Shown here piece after piece: positions 1 through 10,186 of a stretch of 64,000 bases of DNA. The DNA is from Deltaproteobacteria bacterium (GTDB lineage: Bacteria; Myxococcota; JACRCW01). A program made the position numbers and the translations under genes. The first letter of the stretch is position 1. Each line of letters starts with the position of its first letter. The stretch lies in the NCBI GenBank assembly GCA_016218805.1, contig JACRCW010000157.1, forward strand, positions 1 through 64,000, written 5' to 3'. Under the pieces are notes generated by a model. The model was given only the letters and a program-made list of their open reading frames with translations, was not told the origin of the DNA and searched no databases.

Positions 1-1
1 C

Positions 2-115
2 AACATTGTCAAGACCGATCCCAGCCGCACCCTGGGCGTCCCCAACACCCGCAAGCGTGCGGGCGGTGACCGCAAGTACTTGATTCACCTCATGACTGGA
101 GCCCTCATCATGTAA
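2..115 (+). CDS. 3' end of an unknown CDS running in from the left edge
   Basis: Open frame NIVKTDPSRTLGVPNTRKRAGGDRKYLIHLMTGALIM ending in TAA at 113-115, with GC-rich third positions. Confidence 0.5.
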   Translation, partial: NIVKTDPSRTLGVPNTRKRAGGDRKYLIHLMTGALIM

Positions 116-126
116 GGCCTGTCAGA

Positions 127-741
127 ATGCGACCGCCCTGGCTTGAGCCGCCCCGCGGGCGCGTGCTTGCGTGCGCCGCCTGCATGGATGCCCGGCCCCG
201 TCTCTCACCCGCGCTGGACGCGCTGCTTGCTGACCTGTGCAAGCGCGTGGACGCCTTCCGGCACATCCGTCCCACGGCCGTACTGGTTGTTGCCGGGGCC
301 GCGCAGGAGCACAGCCGGGCCACCATCCGCGGCTTCCCCCGCGGCCCCACCGTCACCGTGGCCCGCGTCCGGCGGCGCTACGAGGTCACGCTCAGGCCCC
401 TGTTCTTCCAGTCCGCCAACGGCCTGGGGCGCCTGGTCACGTTGTGCCACGAGCTGTTCCACGTGGGCCCCGCCTGTGACGGGATGCTGGACGAGCACCG
501 GCGGCACGCGCGGGCCGGCAGCGGTTTTGACGACGTGGTGGAACGCCTGGCGCGGGACTACGCGGCGCGCGCGCCGCACCGCCTGCTGGAGCCGCTGGCC
601 CATGAGGGCGAAGTGCTGTTCCGGCACTGGCGCGTCCGCCCGGGCGGGGAGACGGACGCGGGGCGCTACACGGAGCGGGACCTGTTTGAGGGACCGCTGT
701 GCATGCACACGCCCCGGGGCGCACGCAGCGGGTGGTGGTGA
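127..741 (+). CDS. Putative zinc metallopeptidase-domain protein
   Basis: HExxH motif (LCHELFHV) in a 204-aa ORF upstream of rapZ. Confidence 0.6.
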   Translation: MRPPWLEPPRGRVLACAACMDARPRLSPALDALLADLCKRVDAFRHIRPTAVLVVAGAAQEHSRATIRGFPRGPTVTVARVRRRYEVTLRPLFFQSANGLGRLVTLCHELFHVGPACDGMLDEHRRHARAGSGFDDVVERLARDYAARAPHRLLEPLAHEGEVLFRHWRVRPGGETDAGRYTERDLFEGPLCMHTPRGARSGWW

Positions 742-816
742 GCCCGCAGGGGGGGTGGACGCCGGGGGCCTGATCCCCGCAGAATGGTCCCGGGAACTGA
801 GGAGGACGGGGTGACG

Positions 817-1704
817 ATGCAAGTGGTGGTGGTCAGCGGGCTGGCGGGTGCCGGCAAGAGCACGGCCGCCCGCGCGCTGGAGGACATGGGCTTCTTCTGC
901 GTGGACAACCTCCCGGCCGCGTTGATGGGCACCCTGGTCAACCTGGCGGAGTCCTCCGGGGGCGAGGTCAAGCGCGTTGCCCTCGTTGTGGATGCGCGCG
1001 AGGGCCGCTTCCTGGAGGCGTTCCCGGAGACCTTTGCCCGCCTCAAGGACTCCGTCCCGGACGTCATGCTCATCTTCCTGGACGCGCGTGATGACGTGCT
1101 GGTGCGCCGCTTCCAGGAGACCCGCCGCCGCCACCCGCTGGCACCCGAAGGCGGCGCCGTGCTGGACGGCATCACCCGGGAACGCGCCATGCTGCAGCGC
1201 GTGCGGGACCTGGCTGACCAGGTGATTGACACCTCCACCTTCAACGTCCACGAGCTCAAGCACCTGGTCAACGAACGGTTCGGCACGCTGGCCACGCGTG
1301 CGCTGACCGTCACGCTGCTCAGCTTTGGGTACAAGAACGGCCTGCCCGCGGAGCTGGACCTGTGCATGGACGTGCGGTTCCTCCCCAACCCGTACTTCGT
1401 GGATGAACTGCGCCCGCGGGATGGCCGCGAGGTGGACGTGGCGCGGTACGTCATGGACCGCCCCGTCGCCCGCGAGTTTGTGGACCGCTACACGGAGCTG
1501 CTGCGCTTCCTCATCCCGGCCTACAGCGCGGAGGGCAAGCGGTACCTGACGGTGGGCGTGGGCTGCACCGGCGGCCAGCACCGCAGCGTGGCCATCGTGG
1601 AGGAGTTGCAGAAGCGGCTGACGGGCGCGGGATTCGTGGTACGTGTGCGCCACCGCGAGCTGCCCGGCCAGGGCCGCACCGGAGGTGGAACGGCCCATGG
1701 CTGA
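817..1704 (+). CDS. rapZ: RNase adapter RapZ (YhbJ/YvcJ P-loop protein)
   Basis: SGLAGAGKS Walker A, LEDMGFFCVDNLP, DVRFLPNPYF and GCTGGQHRSV motifs; GGAGGA at 801-806; start may be GTG 811 or ATG 817. Confidence 0.95.
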   Translation: MQVVVVSGLAGAGKSTAARALEDMGFFCVDNLPAALMGTLVNLAESSGGEVKRVALVVDAREGRFLEAFPETFARLKDSVPDVMLIFLDARDDVLVRRFQETRRRHPLAPEGGAVLDGITRERAMLQRVRDLADQVIDTSTFNVHELKHLVNERFGTLATRALTVTLLSFGYKNGLPAELDLCMDVRFLPNPYFVDELRPRDGREVDVARYVMDRPVAREFVDRYTELLRFLIPAYSAEGKRYLTVGVGCTGGQHRSVAIVEELQKRLTGAGFVVRVRHRELPGQGRTGGGTAHG

Positions 1705-1981
1705 GTTGACCCGTGACCTGGTCATCCAAAACGAGCTCGGGCTGCACGCCCGCGCGGCGGCGCTGCTGGTTGGGCTGGTGGCCAGGCACAAACCGGATTT
1801 CTGGCTGCGCAAGGAGGACATGGAGATCAACGGCAAGTCCATCATGGGCGTGCTGATGCTGGCCGCCGCCAAGGGGACCACGCTGACCGCGCGCGTGGTG
1901 GGCCCGGAGGAACAGGGTCTCAAGGACATGCTGGACCAGGTGGAAGAACTGGTGAACAACAAGTTTGGCGAGGGCCGTTGA
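1697..1981 (+). CDS. ptsH: Phosphocarrier protein HPr
   Basis: GLHARAAA (His15) and NGKSIMGVLML (Ser46) motifs; GGAGG upstream. Confidence 0.95.
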   Translation: MAELTRDLVIQNELGLHARAAALLVGLVARHKPDFWLRKEDMEINGKSIMGVLMLAAAKGTTLTARVVGPEEQGLKDMLDQVEELVNNKFGEGR

Positions 1982-1983
1982 GC

Positions 1984-3816
1984 ATGGCGCGCCGGGACCC
2001 GCCTCCAGAACACGGCGGTACGCCCCCGGGGGGGCCCCAGCCGGGGCAGAAGCTCGCGGGTATTGGCGTGAGCCCCGGCGTTGCCATTGGGCACGCGTAC
2101 ATCCTGGAGCGCGGCGAAGTTCACTTCCCCAAACGCCACGTGACTCCCGCGGAGCTGGACGCGGAGCTGGTGCGTCTGGAGAGGGCGCTGGAGCTCTCCG
2201 CCGTACAGCTGGAGGAGATTGCGGACGGCCTGTCCGGCCCGCTGGCGGAGGACAACGCGCTCATGCTGCGCGCGCACGTCCTGATGGTGCGTGACCCCAC
2301 GCTGGTGGAGGCCGCCCGCCGCGCCATCCGGGAGGAGAAGATCAACGCCGAGTGGGCCGTGCGCCGCGCGTGCACCGGCGTGAAGGCCGCGTTTGACGGC
2401 ATGGCGGACGAGTACTTCCGCGAGCGCCAGCACGACATCGACTTTGTGGAGAAGCGGGTCCTGCGCAACCTCATGGGGCACCAGACGGACGTGCCTGAGA
2501 CGCTGCCGGCGGACGCGGTGGTGGTGGCCCATGAGCTCAGCCCGGCGGACATGATGACGCTGGCGCGCATGAAGCTGCTGGGCTTTGCCACCGAGGTGGG
2601 CGGCCCCACCAGCCACACCGCCATTGTTGCCCGCGCGCTCAACATCCCCGCCGTGGTGGCGGTGCCGCACGTGTCCGAGGCCGTGGGCACCGGGGACCTG
2701 CTCATTGTGGACGGTTCCCGCGGGGAGATCCTGGTCCAGCCCAGCCGCATGGTGCTGGCGCGCTACCGCGGCATCCGCAAGCAGTTTGAGCTGGCCCGCG
2801 AGGAGCTGGCCACCCTGCGTGACGCGCCGGCGGTCACGCTGGACGGCGTCACCGTCCGCCTCACCGCCAACATTGAGCTGCATGACGAGGTGGAACAGGC
2901 GCTGGTGTCCGGTGCCGAGGGCGTGGGCCTGTACCGCACCGAGTACCTGTTCCTGCACCACCGCCGCCCGCCCACCGTGGCCGAGCACGCGGAGAGCTAT
3001 TCGCAGGTGGCCCGTGAGCTGGCCGGCCGGCGCGCCGTCATCCGCACCTATGACCTGGGCGGCGACAAGATTCTCCCCGGCTCCGCCACCGGCGCGGACC
3101 GCAACGCCCTGGGCCTGCGCGCCATCCGGCTGGCCTTCAGGGAGCCCGCGCTCATGCTGGACCAGATGGACGGCATCCTGCGCGCCACCGCGGAGGGGCC
3201 ACTCTCCATCATGCTGCCCATGGTGGGCTCCGTGGAGGAGCTGCGCCAGGCGCGCGGCATGCTTGAGCTGGTCAAGCAGCGGCTGCGCCGTGAGGGCGTG
3301 GCGTTTGACGCGGACATTCCGCTGGGCCTGATGATTGAGCTGCCCAGCGCCGTGTGGATGGCGGACCTGCTGGCACGCGAGTGTGCGTTCTTCTCCATCG
3401 GCACCAATGACCTCATCCAGTACACGCTGGGCGTGGACCGCCAGGACGGCGAGGTGGCGCACCTGTACGCGCCACTGCACCCGGCCATCCTGCGCTCCAT
3501 CCACCACACCGTGACGGCCGCGCATGATGCGGGCATCAAGGTCTCCATGTGCGGTGAGATGGCGACGGAGCCGGCCTACGTGGGCGTGCTGCTGGGCCTG
3601 GGCCTGGATGAACTGTCCATGCCCGCCATGGCCATCCCGCGCATCAAGCACACCATCCGGCACTGGCGGCGCGCGGACGCTGTGCGCGTGGCGGCCGAAT
3701 GCCTGCAGTGCGCCACCACCGCGGAGGTCTCCGCGGTGCTCACCGCCGCGCAGCCCGAGGTGGACATGCACCCGTTGGCCCCCAAGGCATCCATGCGCGG
3801 CGCGTCGCAGGCGTGA
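1984..3816 (+). CDS. ptsI: PEP-protein phosphotransferase (PTS enzyme I)
   Basis: GGPTSHTAIVAR phospho-His motif, GVGLYRTE, FFSIGTNDLIQY, SMCGEMA. Confidence 0.95.
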   Translation: MARRDPPPEHGGTPPGGPQPGQKLAGIGVSPGVAIGHAYILERGEVHFPKRHVTPAELDAELVRLERALELSAVQLEEIADGLSGPLAEDNALMLRAHVLMVRDPTLVEAARRAIREEKINAEWAVRRACTGVKAAFDGMADEYFRERQHDIDFVEKRVLRNLMGHQTDVPETLPADAVVVAHELSPADMMTLARMKLLGFATEVGGPTSHTAIVARALNIPAVVAVPHVSEAVGTGDLLIVDGSRGEILVQPSRMVLARYRGIRKQFELAREELATLRDAPAVTLDGVTVRLTANIELHDEVEQALVSGAEGVGLYRTEYLFLHHRRPPTVAEHAESYSQVARELAGRRAVIRTYDLGGDKILPGSATGADRNALGLRAIRLAFREPALMLDQMDGILRATAEGPLSIMLPMVGSVEELRQARGMLELVKQRLRREGVAFDADIPLGLMIELPSAVWMADLLARECAFFSIGTNDLIQYTLGVDRQDGEVAHLYAPLHPAILRSIHHTVTAAHDAGIKVSMCGEMATEPAYVGVLLGLGLDELSMPAMAIPRIKHTIRHWRRADAVRVAAECLQCATTAEVSAVLTAAQPEVDMHPLAPKASMRGASQA

Positions 3817-3854
3817 ACATGCGGGCGCTGGGTGCGTCCAAGCGCAGGTGCCTC

Positions 3855-4514
3855 ATGGTTGACCGCCGTTCCCTCTCCTGCGTTGTCGTCCTGTCCGCCG
3901 CGCTGCTGGGCTGCGCCACCTCTTCCGGGGCCCTGCCCACCCCGCCCACGGACCGTGATCTGGCCTCCAACGGGACACCCGCCGAGAAGGAACTGCTGCT
4001 GCGCCGGTACAGCGTCCGCGTCCACGACCACATGCTCACGAATTTCCGCAGCGTCTCCGTCGGGGACGCCCGGCGGCCGTACGCGCTGGTCGGGATCACC
4101 CACCCGGAACTCGCCCGCTACCTGCAATCGGACCCGCAGGCGGGCTCCGCGCTCCTCCCCACCTGGCGCGAAGCCATGGTCCCGGCGCTGACGCTCCCCA
4201 GCATGCTCCCGCTCGGCGCCTTTGCGCTGGCGTTGCTTCCGGCCGCGCTGGTCACCACGTGGTCCGGCCGTGGCCTGGACCAGCTTGCCGTGGACACCAC
4301 GCCAGCCGGGTGGAACCGGCCCACGGTGTACAACGTCTCCAGCGCCGTGCTGCTCATCGCGCTGGGGGGCGCCATCGCCTCGGCGGTCCTGGGCTGCGGG
4401 TTGCTGCTGCTGGGGCAGCTGCTGTCCACGGTGTCTGACAGGGGCCGCACCGCCGCCGTCAATGCGTTCAACGCCAACCTCGCCGTCCGCATTGAGAAGA
4501 ACGCGCGCCCGTGA
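3855..4514 (+). CDS. Hypothetical membrane lipoprotein, paralogue of 7805-8500
   Basis: Lipobox-like LLGC, two hydrophobic segments, shared motifs with 7805-8500. Confidence 0.7.
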   Translation: MVDRRSLSCVVVLSAALLGCATSSGALPTPPTDRDLASNGTPAEKELLLRRYSVRVHDHMLTNFRSVSVGDARRPYALVGITHPELARYLQSDPQAGSALLPTWREAMVPALTLPSMLPLGAFALALLPAALVTTWSGRGLDQLAVDTTPAGWNRPTVYNVSSAVLLIALGGAIASAVLGCGLLLLGQLLSTVSDRGRTAAVNAFNANLAVRIEKNARP

Positions 4515-4955
4515 TCACTTCCCGGCAAGCTGCCGCAGCGCGCCGGCCCAGTCCTCCACGTGGAACGCGGTGACGAGCAGACCGTCCTTCACGGTGTGGA
4601 TGTCAATGGCCATCATCCGGAAGCTGCGGCCGCCGTGCGGGACACCCATGAAGTCCGCGGCGGGTGTCCCCGTGACGTCGCTGCGCACCACAATCCGGTC
4701 GCCGTCCACCAGGACCTCCTGCACCGTCCAGGTCAGGTCCGGCAGCGCCTTTCCAAAACCGCCCAGCTGCTTGATGAACTCCTCGCGTCCCTTGCTCACG
4801 CCCTCCGCCGAGAACGACCGCCACTCGGGCGATGCGCAGCGGTTGACCAGCGCCGCCACGTCCTTGGTCGTCGGGCGGTTGAGGGCGTCGTAGAACGGTG
4901 CCACCAGCGCGCGGGCGTCGGTGCGGGTGAGCGGTGCGTGGGTCGTCGTGGTCAT
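4515..4955 (-). CDS. SnoaL-like ester cyclase / NTF2-fold protein
   Basis: ALPDLTWTVQEVLVDGDRIVVR...FMGVP...AIDIHTVKDG; AGGAG before ATG at 4955; divergent from a LysR gene. Confidence 0.85.
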   Translation of the reverse strand: MTTTTHAPLTRTDARALVAPFYDALNRPTTKDVAALVNRCASPEWRSFSAEGVSKGREEFIKQLGGFGKALPDLTWTVQEVLVDGDRIVVRSDVTGTPAADFMGVPHGGRSFRMMAIDIHTVKDGLLVTAFHVEDWAGALRQLAGK

Positions 4956-5066
4956 GGTGTCTCCTGTGGCGGGCGGGGTCCGGTGGACCGGCCCGGGTGT
5001 TCGGGGTTTGTGCCCGCAGGGATACGCCCCGGGAGCGTGCCGGATAAGACGCCTTGATTCGGACGG

Positions 5067-5089
5067 ATTGTCCGGCAGGATGGAACAAT
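5067..5089. promoter_or_regulatory. Probable LysR autoregulatory operator (imperfect inverted repeat)
   Basis: ATTGTCC-N8-GGAACAAT overlapping the LysR start codon in the divergent intergenic region. Confidence 0.45.
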
Positions 5090-6008
5090 GATCTCCCCGC
5101 GTGACCTCCCCCTCCTCGCGTCCTTTGCCGCCGTGGCGCGGCGCGGGACATTCACCGCCGCGGCACGCGACCTGGGCCTGGCGAAGAGCGTGGTCAGTGA
5201 CCAGGTGCGCGCCCTGGAGGAGCGCTGCGGCGCCCGCCTGATGGAACGCTCCACGCGCCGGCTGCGGCTCACGCAGGTGGGCGAGCAGGTCCTGGGGGTG
5301 GCCGCATCCATTGAGCACGCGACGCGTGACCTGGACGCACTGCTGGAGGAGCACCGGCGCGCGCCGGTGGGCACGCTGCGCATCGCCACCATCCATGATC
5401 TGGGCGCGCGTTTTGTGACGCCGGTGGCGGCGCGCCTGGCGCTGCAACACCCGCAGCTGCGCCTGGACATCGTCGCGGATGACTCGCCCCATGACCTGAT
5501 TGCGGAGGGCTTTGACGTGGCCATCCGCCTGGGCATGGCGGCGGACTCGGACCTGGTCATGCGCCGGCTGGGCGTGATGGTGGAGCACGTGGTGGCCTCC
5601 CCTGCGGTGGCGGACCGGTACGCCGCCGTGCACCGGCCGCGGGAGTTGGCGGGTGCCCCGTGGGTGCGCCACGCCGTCGCTTCCAGCGGAGAGACCTTCC
5701 GCTTCCAGGGGCCCCGCGGCGAGGTGGACGAGGTGGTCGTCTCAGTGCGCGCCACCGCCAACAGCTCCGAGGGCATGCGCGGGTTGCTGCGCGCCGGCGT
5801 GGGGCTGGCCTGCCTCCCGGATGACCTGGTGGACGACGAATTGCGGCGGGGCGCGCTGGTGAAGTTGTGCCCGGAATGGGTCTGGCAGCGCGTCACGCTC
5901 TATGCGTTGCTGCCCTCCGCACGCCGTCAGCCGCGCCGCGTGGAGCTGTTCCTGGCCGCTCTCAAGGAGGCGCTGGCCACCGCGGGGGTGGCGCGGGAGG
6001 CGCGGTGA
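5088..6008 (+). CDS. LysR family transcriptional regulator
   Basis: FAAVARRGTFTAAARDLGLAKSVVSDQVRALEE HTH, RSTRRLRLT, DLIAEGFDVAIR. Confidence 0.95.
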   Translation: MISPRDLPLLASFAAVARRGTFTAAARDLGLAKSVVSDQVRALEERCGARLMERSTRRLRLTQVGEQVLGVAASIEHATRDLDALLEEHRRAPVGTLRIATIHDLGARFVTPVAARLALQHPQLRLDIVADDSPHDLIAEGFDVAIRLGMAADSDLVMRRLGVMVEHVVASPAVADRYAAVHRPRELAGAPWVRHAVASSGETFRFQGPRGEVDEVVVSVRATANSSEGMRGLLRAGVGLACLPDDLVDDELRRGALVKLCPEWVWQRVTLYALLPSARRQPRRVELFLAALKEALATAGVAREAR

Positions 6009-6015
6009 AACGCGG

Positions 6016-6831
6016 TCACTTCCCTGGCGCAAACAGGTCCGCCAGCTCCACCTGCGGCACCGGTGCGCCCAGGAAGCGTGACCCCAGTGCCTGCAGGCGG
6101 TCCGGCGCGTCGGTGGCAAAATAGCGCCGCACGGCGGGCGTCCCGGCGGGCGCGCGCAGGCCGCGCTCGCCGAGGATCCGTCCCAGCTCCGCCGCCACGC
6201 TCTCCGCGCCGTCCACAATCTCCACGCCCGGTCCCAGCACGGCGGCCAGCGCGTGCCGCAGCAGCGGGTAGTGCGTGCAACCCAGGACCACCGTGTCCAC
6301 GCCTTCGTCCGCCAGGCCGCCCAGGTGGTGCCGCACCACCGCCTCCGCCAGCGGCCCCTCCACGGTCCCCTCCTCAACCAGCGGCGCGAACAGCGGGCAC
6401 GCGCGCGCCACCACCCGCAGCCCGGGCACCGCGCGGGTCAACGCCCGCTGGTACGCGCCGGAGCGCGCGGTCCCCTCCGTGGCCGCCACGGCCACCGCGC
6501 CCCCGCGCGTGGACGCCAGCGCGCGGGCCACGCCCGCTTCCACCACGCCCAGCACGGGCACCTGCACGTGTTCCCGCAGCGCCGGCAGCGCCACGCTGGA
6601 GGCGGTGGAGCACGCCACCACCAGTGCCTTGATCCGCAGTTCGCAGAGGAAGTCCGCCGCGGCCAGCGCGTAGCGCGTCACCGTCTCCTGGCTCTTGGCG
6701 CCGTACGGCATCCGCGCGCTGTCCCCCAGGTAGTAGGTGGATTCCTCCGGCAGCGCGGCGTGGATGGCACGCAGCACCGTCAACCCGCCCACCCCTGAAT
6801 CAAACACGCCAATGCCCGCCGTCACGCCCAC
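6016..6831 (-). CDS. murI: Glutamate racemase
   Basis: GVFDSGVGGLTV, PYGAKS, ACSTAS and LGCTHYP catalytic motifs; GGAGG before GTG at 6831. Confidence 0.95.
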   Translation of the reverse strand: MGVTAGIGVFDSGVGGLTVLRAIHAALPEESTYYLGDSARMPYGAKSQETVTRYALAAADFLCELRIKALVVACSTASSVALPALREHVQVPVLGVVEAGVARALASTRGGAVAVAATEGTARSGAYQRALTRAVPGLRVVARACPLFAPLVEEGTVEGPLAEAVVRHHLGGLADEGVDTVVLGCTHYPLLRHALAAVLGPGVEIVDGAESVAAELGRILGERGLRAPAGTPAVRRYFATDAPDRLQALGSRFLGAPVPQVELADLFAPGK

Positions 6832-7040
6832 GTGTGCAACCTCCACCGACAGCCGTCGTGCAGGCCGGATGCCAGACGCGCCCAGCCCGGTCAATCACGG
6901 CCGGCTCTTGCCACCGCCTCCGGCGCGGGGTTCAATCCACGCCGTGGCGGCCATCCGGCAAAGGGCGGATCCGCCGGGGCTGTCAGCGCGGTAACAGTGA
7001 GCCGGCGCGCAAGCTGCGCCGCAGAAGGCGGGAGCGAGCC

Positions 7041-7745
7041 ATGCAAGTTGGAGGCGTGTCGCACGGGTGGGGGGCAAGCCGGCTCTGGCATGACCCCAAC
7101 TATGAAATCCAGCGCGATTACCGTCCCATCCCGGTCCAGCGCGGGATCATGCAGGGCGAGGCGCTCCCCAAGGAGGACCACCTCCTCCCGCCGGAGAAGC
7201 CGCAGGACCCGTTCACCGCGCAGGAGGCCGCGTATGACGTGGCCCACGCGCAGGCCACGCGCGGCGTGGAGGGCCAGAAGATGCTGCACGGGCGCAATGA
7301 CGTGGCCGCGTTTGACGCCGCCGTCACCGCCGCCCGTGAGCGCGGCCTGCAGGCGGACGTGACGCGGACGCTGGTGGCCAACCCGCTGCACGTGGGCGAG
7401 TCCATGCCCACCGGCAACGTGCGGCCGCAGCAGGTGGCCCCGGCGGCGCCCGGCCAGGTGGTGAAGCCTGAGGGCGCCAGCCAGACCCAGTCTGGCCGCG
7501 AAGCCTCCCGCGCCGCGCAGGACGCGCGGGACACCTCCAGCGTGGTGGACGCGGTGGCGCTGGCAGCGGGCGGGTTCATGTCCGCGGCGGGCGCGGCCAA
7601 GGCGGCCGGCGCGGTGGCCTCTGTCACCGTCAACGCCACGGCCGCGCTGTCCGCGGGTGCCAGCACGGCCGGGAGCGCGGCCGTCCTGGCGGCCAATGAC
7701 CATCCGGACATCCCGGTTGACCCCGACGGCAGCCGCAAACACTGA
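7041..7745 (+). CDS. Hypothetical protein with Ala-rich C-terminus
   Basis: ATG at 7041 after GGAG; host-like codon use; no recognised motif. Confidence 0.6.
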   Translation: MQVGGVSHGWGASRLWHDPNYEIQRDYRPIPVQRGIMQGEALPKEDHLLPPEKPQDPFTAQEAAYDVAHAQATRGVEGQKMLHGRNDVAAFDAAVTAARERGLQADVTRTLVANPLHVGESMPTGNVRPQQVAPAAPGQVVKPEGASQTQSGREASRAAQDARDTSSVVDAVALAAGGFMSAAGAAKAAGAVASVTVNATAALSAGASTAGSAAVLAANDHPDIPVDPDGSRKH

Positions 7746-7804
7746 CGTTCCGCCGTTACGCCGCGGCTTGCCGTCACCGGCATGCCGGGCCCATATCTTC
7801 CGGC

Positions 7805-8500
7805 ATGGACGCCCGTTTCCCCACCCTTGTCTCAGTGCTGCTTGCCGGTGCCTGCACGGTGCCCCGCGGCCAGATGCCGTCCACGCCCAGCTACTATGAC
7901 CTGATGAATGACGGGTCCGCGCCGCGCCAGGAGGAATTGCGCCGCCGCTACGCCGTAAAGACCGACCGCGACAGCGTCCACGTTGGGGACGCAGTGCGCA
8001 CGCGCGGGCGCGCGGACGGTCCGTTTCCCACCGACTGGGAACCGGTCCACCCGGAGGTCCGCACGTACATCGCCGGGGACAAGCAGGCGGCCGCGCACCT
8101 GCCGGCGCCGTGGATGCTCGCGCCGTTCGGGAGCGCACTCGTCGTCGGCGCGGTCGCGGCGGTTGCCGTTCCGGTGGGCCTGGCGGCGGCGGGCGTGGGC
8201 GCGCTGGCGTTCCTCATCGGCGGCAAGCCCACGTTCGCGGGGCCGTGGAATCTGGTGGATGACAGCTCGCTGCCCGTCGTGGGGGCGGTGCTGTCGCTCG
8301 CCGCTGGCGCCGGCTGGGCGCTGGTGTGCGCGGTGGCGGTGGGCCCGCTGCTGGCGGGCGGGGTGGCGGGACTGTGGTGGCTCAACCGGCGCTTCACGGA
8401 GGCCCGGGACATCTTCAACCGCAACCTGGACAAGCGCATTGCTGACGCTGCGCAGGTTCCGGGTGCGGCGCCGCCCGTGCCCGTGACGCCGCCCCGCTGA
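7805..8500 (+). CDS. Hypothetical membrane lipoprotein, paralogue of 3855-4514
   Basis: Lipobox-like AGAC, hydrophobic segments, shared RRY-x-V, SVxVGDAxR, HPE and FNxNLxxRI motifs. Confidence 0.7.
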   Translation: MDARFPTLVSVLLAGACTVPRGQMPSTPSYYDLMNDGSAPRQEELRRRYAVKTDRDSVHVGDAVRTRGRADGPFPTDWEPVHPEVRTYIAGDKQAAAHLPAPWMLAPFGSALVVGAVAAVAVPVGLAAAGVGALAFLIGGKPTFAGPWNLVDDSSLPVVGAVLSLAAGAGWALVCAVAVGPLLAGGVAGLWWLNRRFTEARDIFNRNLDKRIADAAQVPGAAPPVPVTPPR

Positions 8501-8556
8501 GCATCAGGCTCCCGGCGTGCTTGAAGGGCCGGTGCGCGTGGTCTAACCGCCGCTGC

Positions 8557-9957
8557 ATGGAGACCCGGCTCCCCGCCAATTTCATCCTGCGCCTGCGCGA
8601 GGAGTTTCCCGGCGACGTCATCACCACCGAGCCGTCCGAGCTTGCGGAGTACGGCAGGGACTGGACGCGCGTGTTCCTGCCGGCGCCGTCGGTGGTGGCG
8701 TTTCCGCGCACCACGGAGCAGGTCTCCCGGCTGCTGCGGATCTGCAGCCAGGCGCGCGTGCCGGTGGTCCCCTCCGGCGGGCGCACAGGCCTGGCGGCCG
8801 GCGCGGTGGCCGCCCACGGCGAGGTGGTCCTGTCCACGCAGCGCATGAACCGCATGGAGCCGGTGGATACGCTGGGCATGACGGTGCGCGTGCAGGCCGG
8901 CGCGGTGACAGAGGCCGTGCACCACCACTGCGCGCAGGCCGGGCTCACCTGGCCGGTGGACTTTGCCAGCAAGGGCAGCAGCCACGTGGGGGGGAACATT
9001 GCCACCAACGCGGGCGGGGTGCGGGTCATCCGCTACGGGCTCACGCGGCAGTGGGTGCTGGGCCTGCAGGTGGTGACGGCGTCGGGTGACGTGCTGGAGC
9101 TCAACGGGGCGCTGGAGAAGAACAACACCGGCCTGGACCTGCGCCAGTTGTTCATTGGCAGCGAGGGCACCCTGGGCGTCATCGCCGAGGCCACGCTCAA
9201 ACTGTGCCGGCTGCCGGGGAAGGCGGACGTGCTCATGTTCGCCGTGCCGGATGTGGCGGCGGTGTTGCGGCTGTTCCGCGCGGCGCGCACCGGGCCGTTC
9301 ACCATCAACGCGTATGAGTTCTTCACGGACCGCTGCCTGGCGCGTGTGCGGCGGCACCGCAACCTGGCGTCTCCGTTTTCCGCGGCCACCGGGTGCCACG
9401 TGCTCATGGAAGTGGAAGCGGCTGATCCTGACGCGCTGGCGGCCTGGCTGATGAAGGTGATGGAGGAGGGGCTGGCCACGGACGGCACCATGGCGCAGAG
9501 CAGCCAGCAGGCCTCCACGCTGTGGGCCCTGCGCGAGGCCATCTCGGAGAGCCTGTCCGCCACCGGCATGCCGCACAAGAATGACGTGGCGCTGCCCATT
9601 GCCGGGCTGGAGGCGTTCTGCGTGGAACTGGAGCAGGTGTTCCAGCACCGCTACCCGGGGTTTGAGATTGCGCTGTTTGGCCACATTGGCGACGGCAACC
9701 TGCACATCAACATCATGAAGCCGGATGACCTGGACAAGGGCCCGTTCCTGGTGCGTACGCGCGAGGCGGACCACGAACTGTTCGCGCTGGTGCAGAAGCA
9801 CCGGGGCAGCATTTCGGCTGAGCACGGCATTGGGCTGCTCAAGAAGCCGTACCTGCATTATTCCCGCACGCACGACGAGCTCGCGCTGCAGCGCGCGGTG
9901 AAGATGGCGCTGGACCCGCTGAACATCCTCAATCCGGGCAAGGTGCTGGACGTGTGA
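8557..9957 (+). CDS. FAD-binding oxidoreductase (D-2-hydroxyacid dehydrogenase / GlcD-like)
   Basis: PSGGRTGL, GGNIATNAGG, FIGSEGTLG, GHIGDGNLH, SAEHGIG, LNPGK. Confidence 0.9.
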   Translation: METRLPANFILRLREEFPGDVITTEPSELAEYGRDWTRVFLPAPSVVAFPRTTEQVSRLLRICSQARVPVVPSGGRTGLAAGAVAAHGEVVLSTQRMNRMEPVDTLGMTVRVQAGAVTEAVHHHCAQAGLTWPVDFASKGSSHVGGNIATNAGGVRVIRYGLTRQWVLGLQVVTASGDVLELNGALEKNNTGLDLRQLFIGSEGTLGVIAEATLKLCRLPGKADVLMFAVPDVAAVLRLFRAARTGPFTINAYEFFTDRCLARVRRHRNLASPFSAATGCHVLMEVEAADPDALAAWLMKVMEEGLATDGTMAQSSQQASTLWALREAISESLSATGMPHKNDVALPIAGLEAFCVELEQVFQHRYPGFEIALFGHIGDGNLHINIMKPDDLDKGPFLVRTREADHELFALVQKHRGSISAEHGIGLLKKPYLHYSRTHDELALQRAVKMALDPLNILNPGKVLDV

Positions 9958-9961
9958 GCGG

Positions 9962-10186
9962 CTACCAGGGCTTGTCAAAGAACAGCTGGTAGGCGCTGAC
10001 GTTCCCGCATTCGCGGCACAGGAAGTGGTAGATCTCCTCGTCACCCAGGGACAGGTTGGCCTCCACGTCACCCCAGTAGCGCGCGCCCACCTGCTCGCGG
10101 ATGGCGGTCTTGCGCTCCTGAATGCCTTCGCACCGCGGGCACACCGACGGCGGACGCTTACGTGGGGGTTTCTTCTGCGCGGCCAT
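9962..10186 (-). CDS. Small zinc-ribbon-like protein
   Basis: 74 aa with CPRC and CREC pairs. Confidence 0.65.
   Translation of the reverse strand: MAAQKKPPRKRPPSVCPRCEGIQERKTAIREQVGARYWGDVEANLSLGDEEIYHFLCRECGNVSAYQLFFDKPW

Noticed and set aside
205..3771. 1188-aa minus-strand ORF
   Set aside because: Antisense shadow of rapZ-ptsH-ptsI, expected at this GC content; no motifs.
6590..6620. murI ACSTAS instead of ACNTAS as a sign of inactivation
   Set aside because: Both catalytic cysteines and the other motifs are intact; a single substitution is insufficient evidence.
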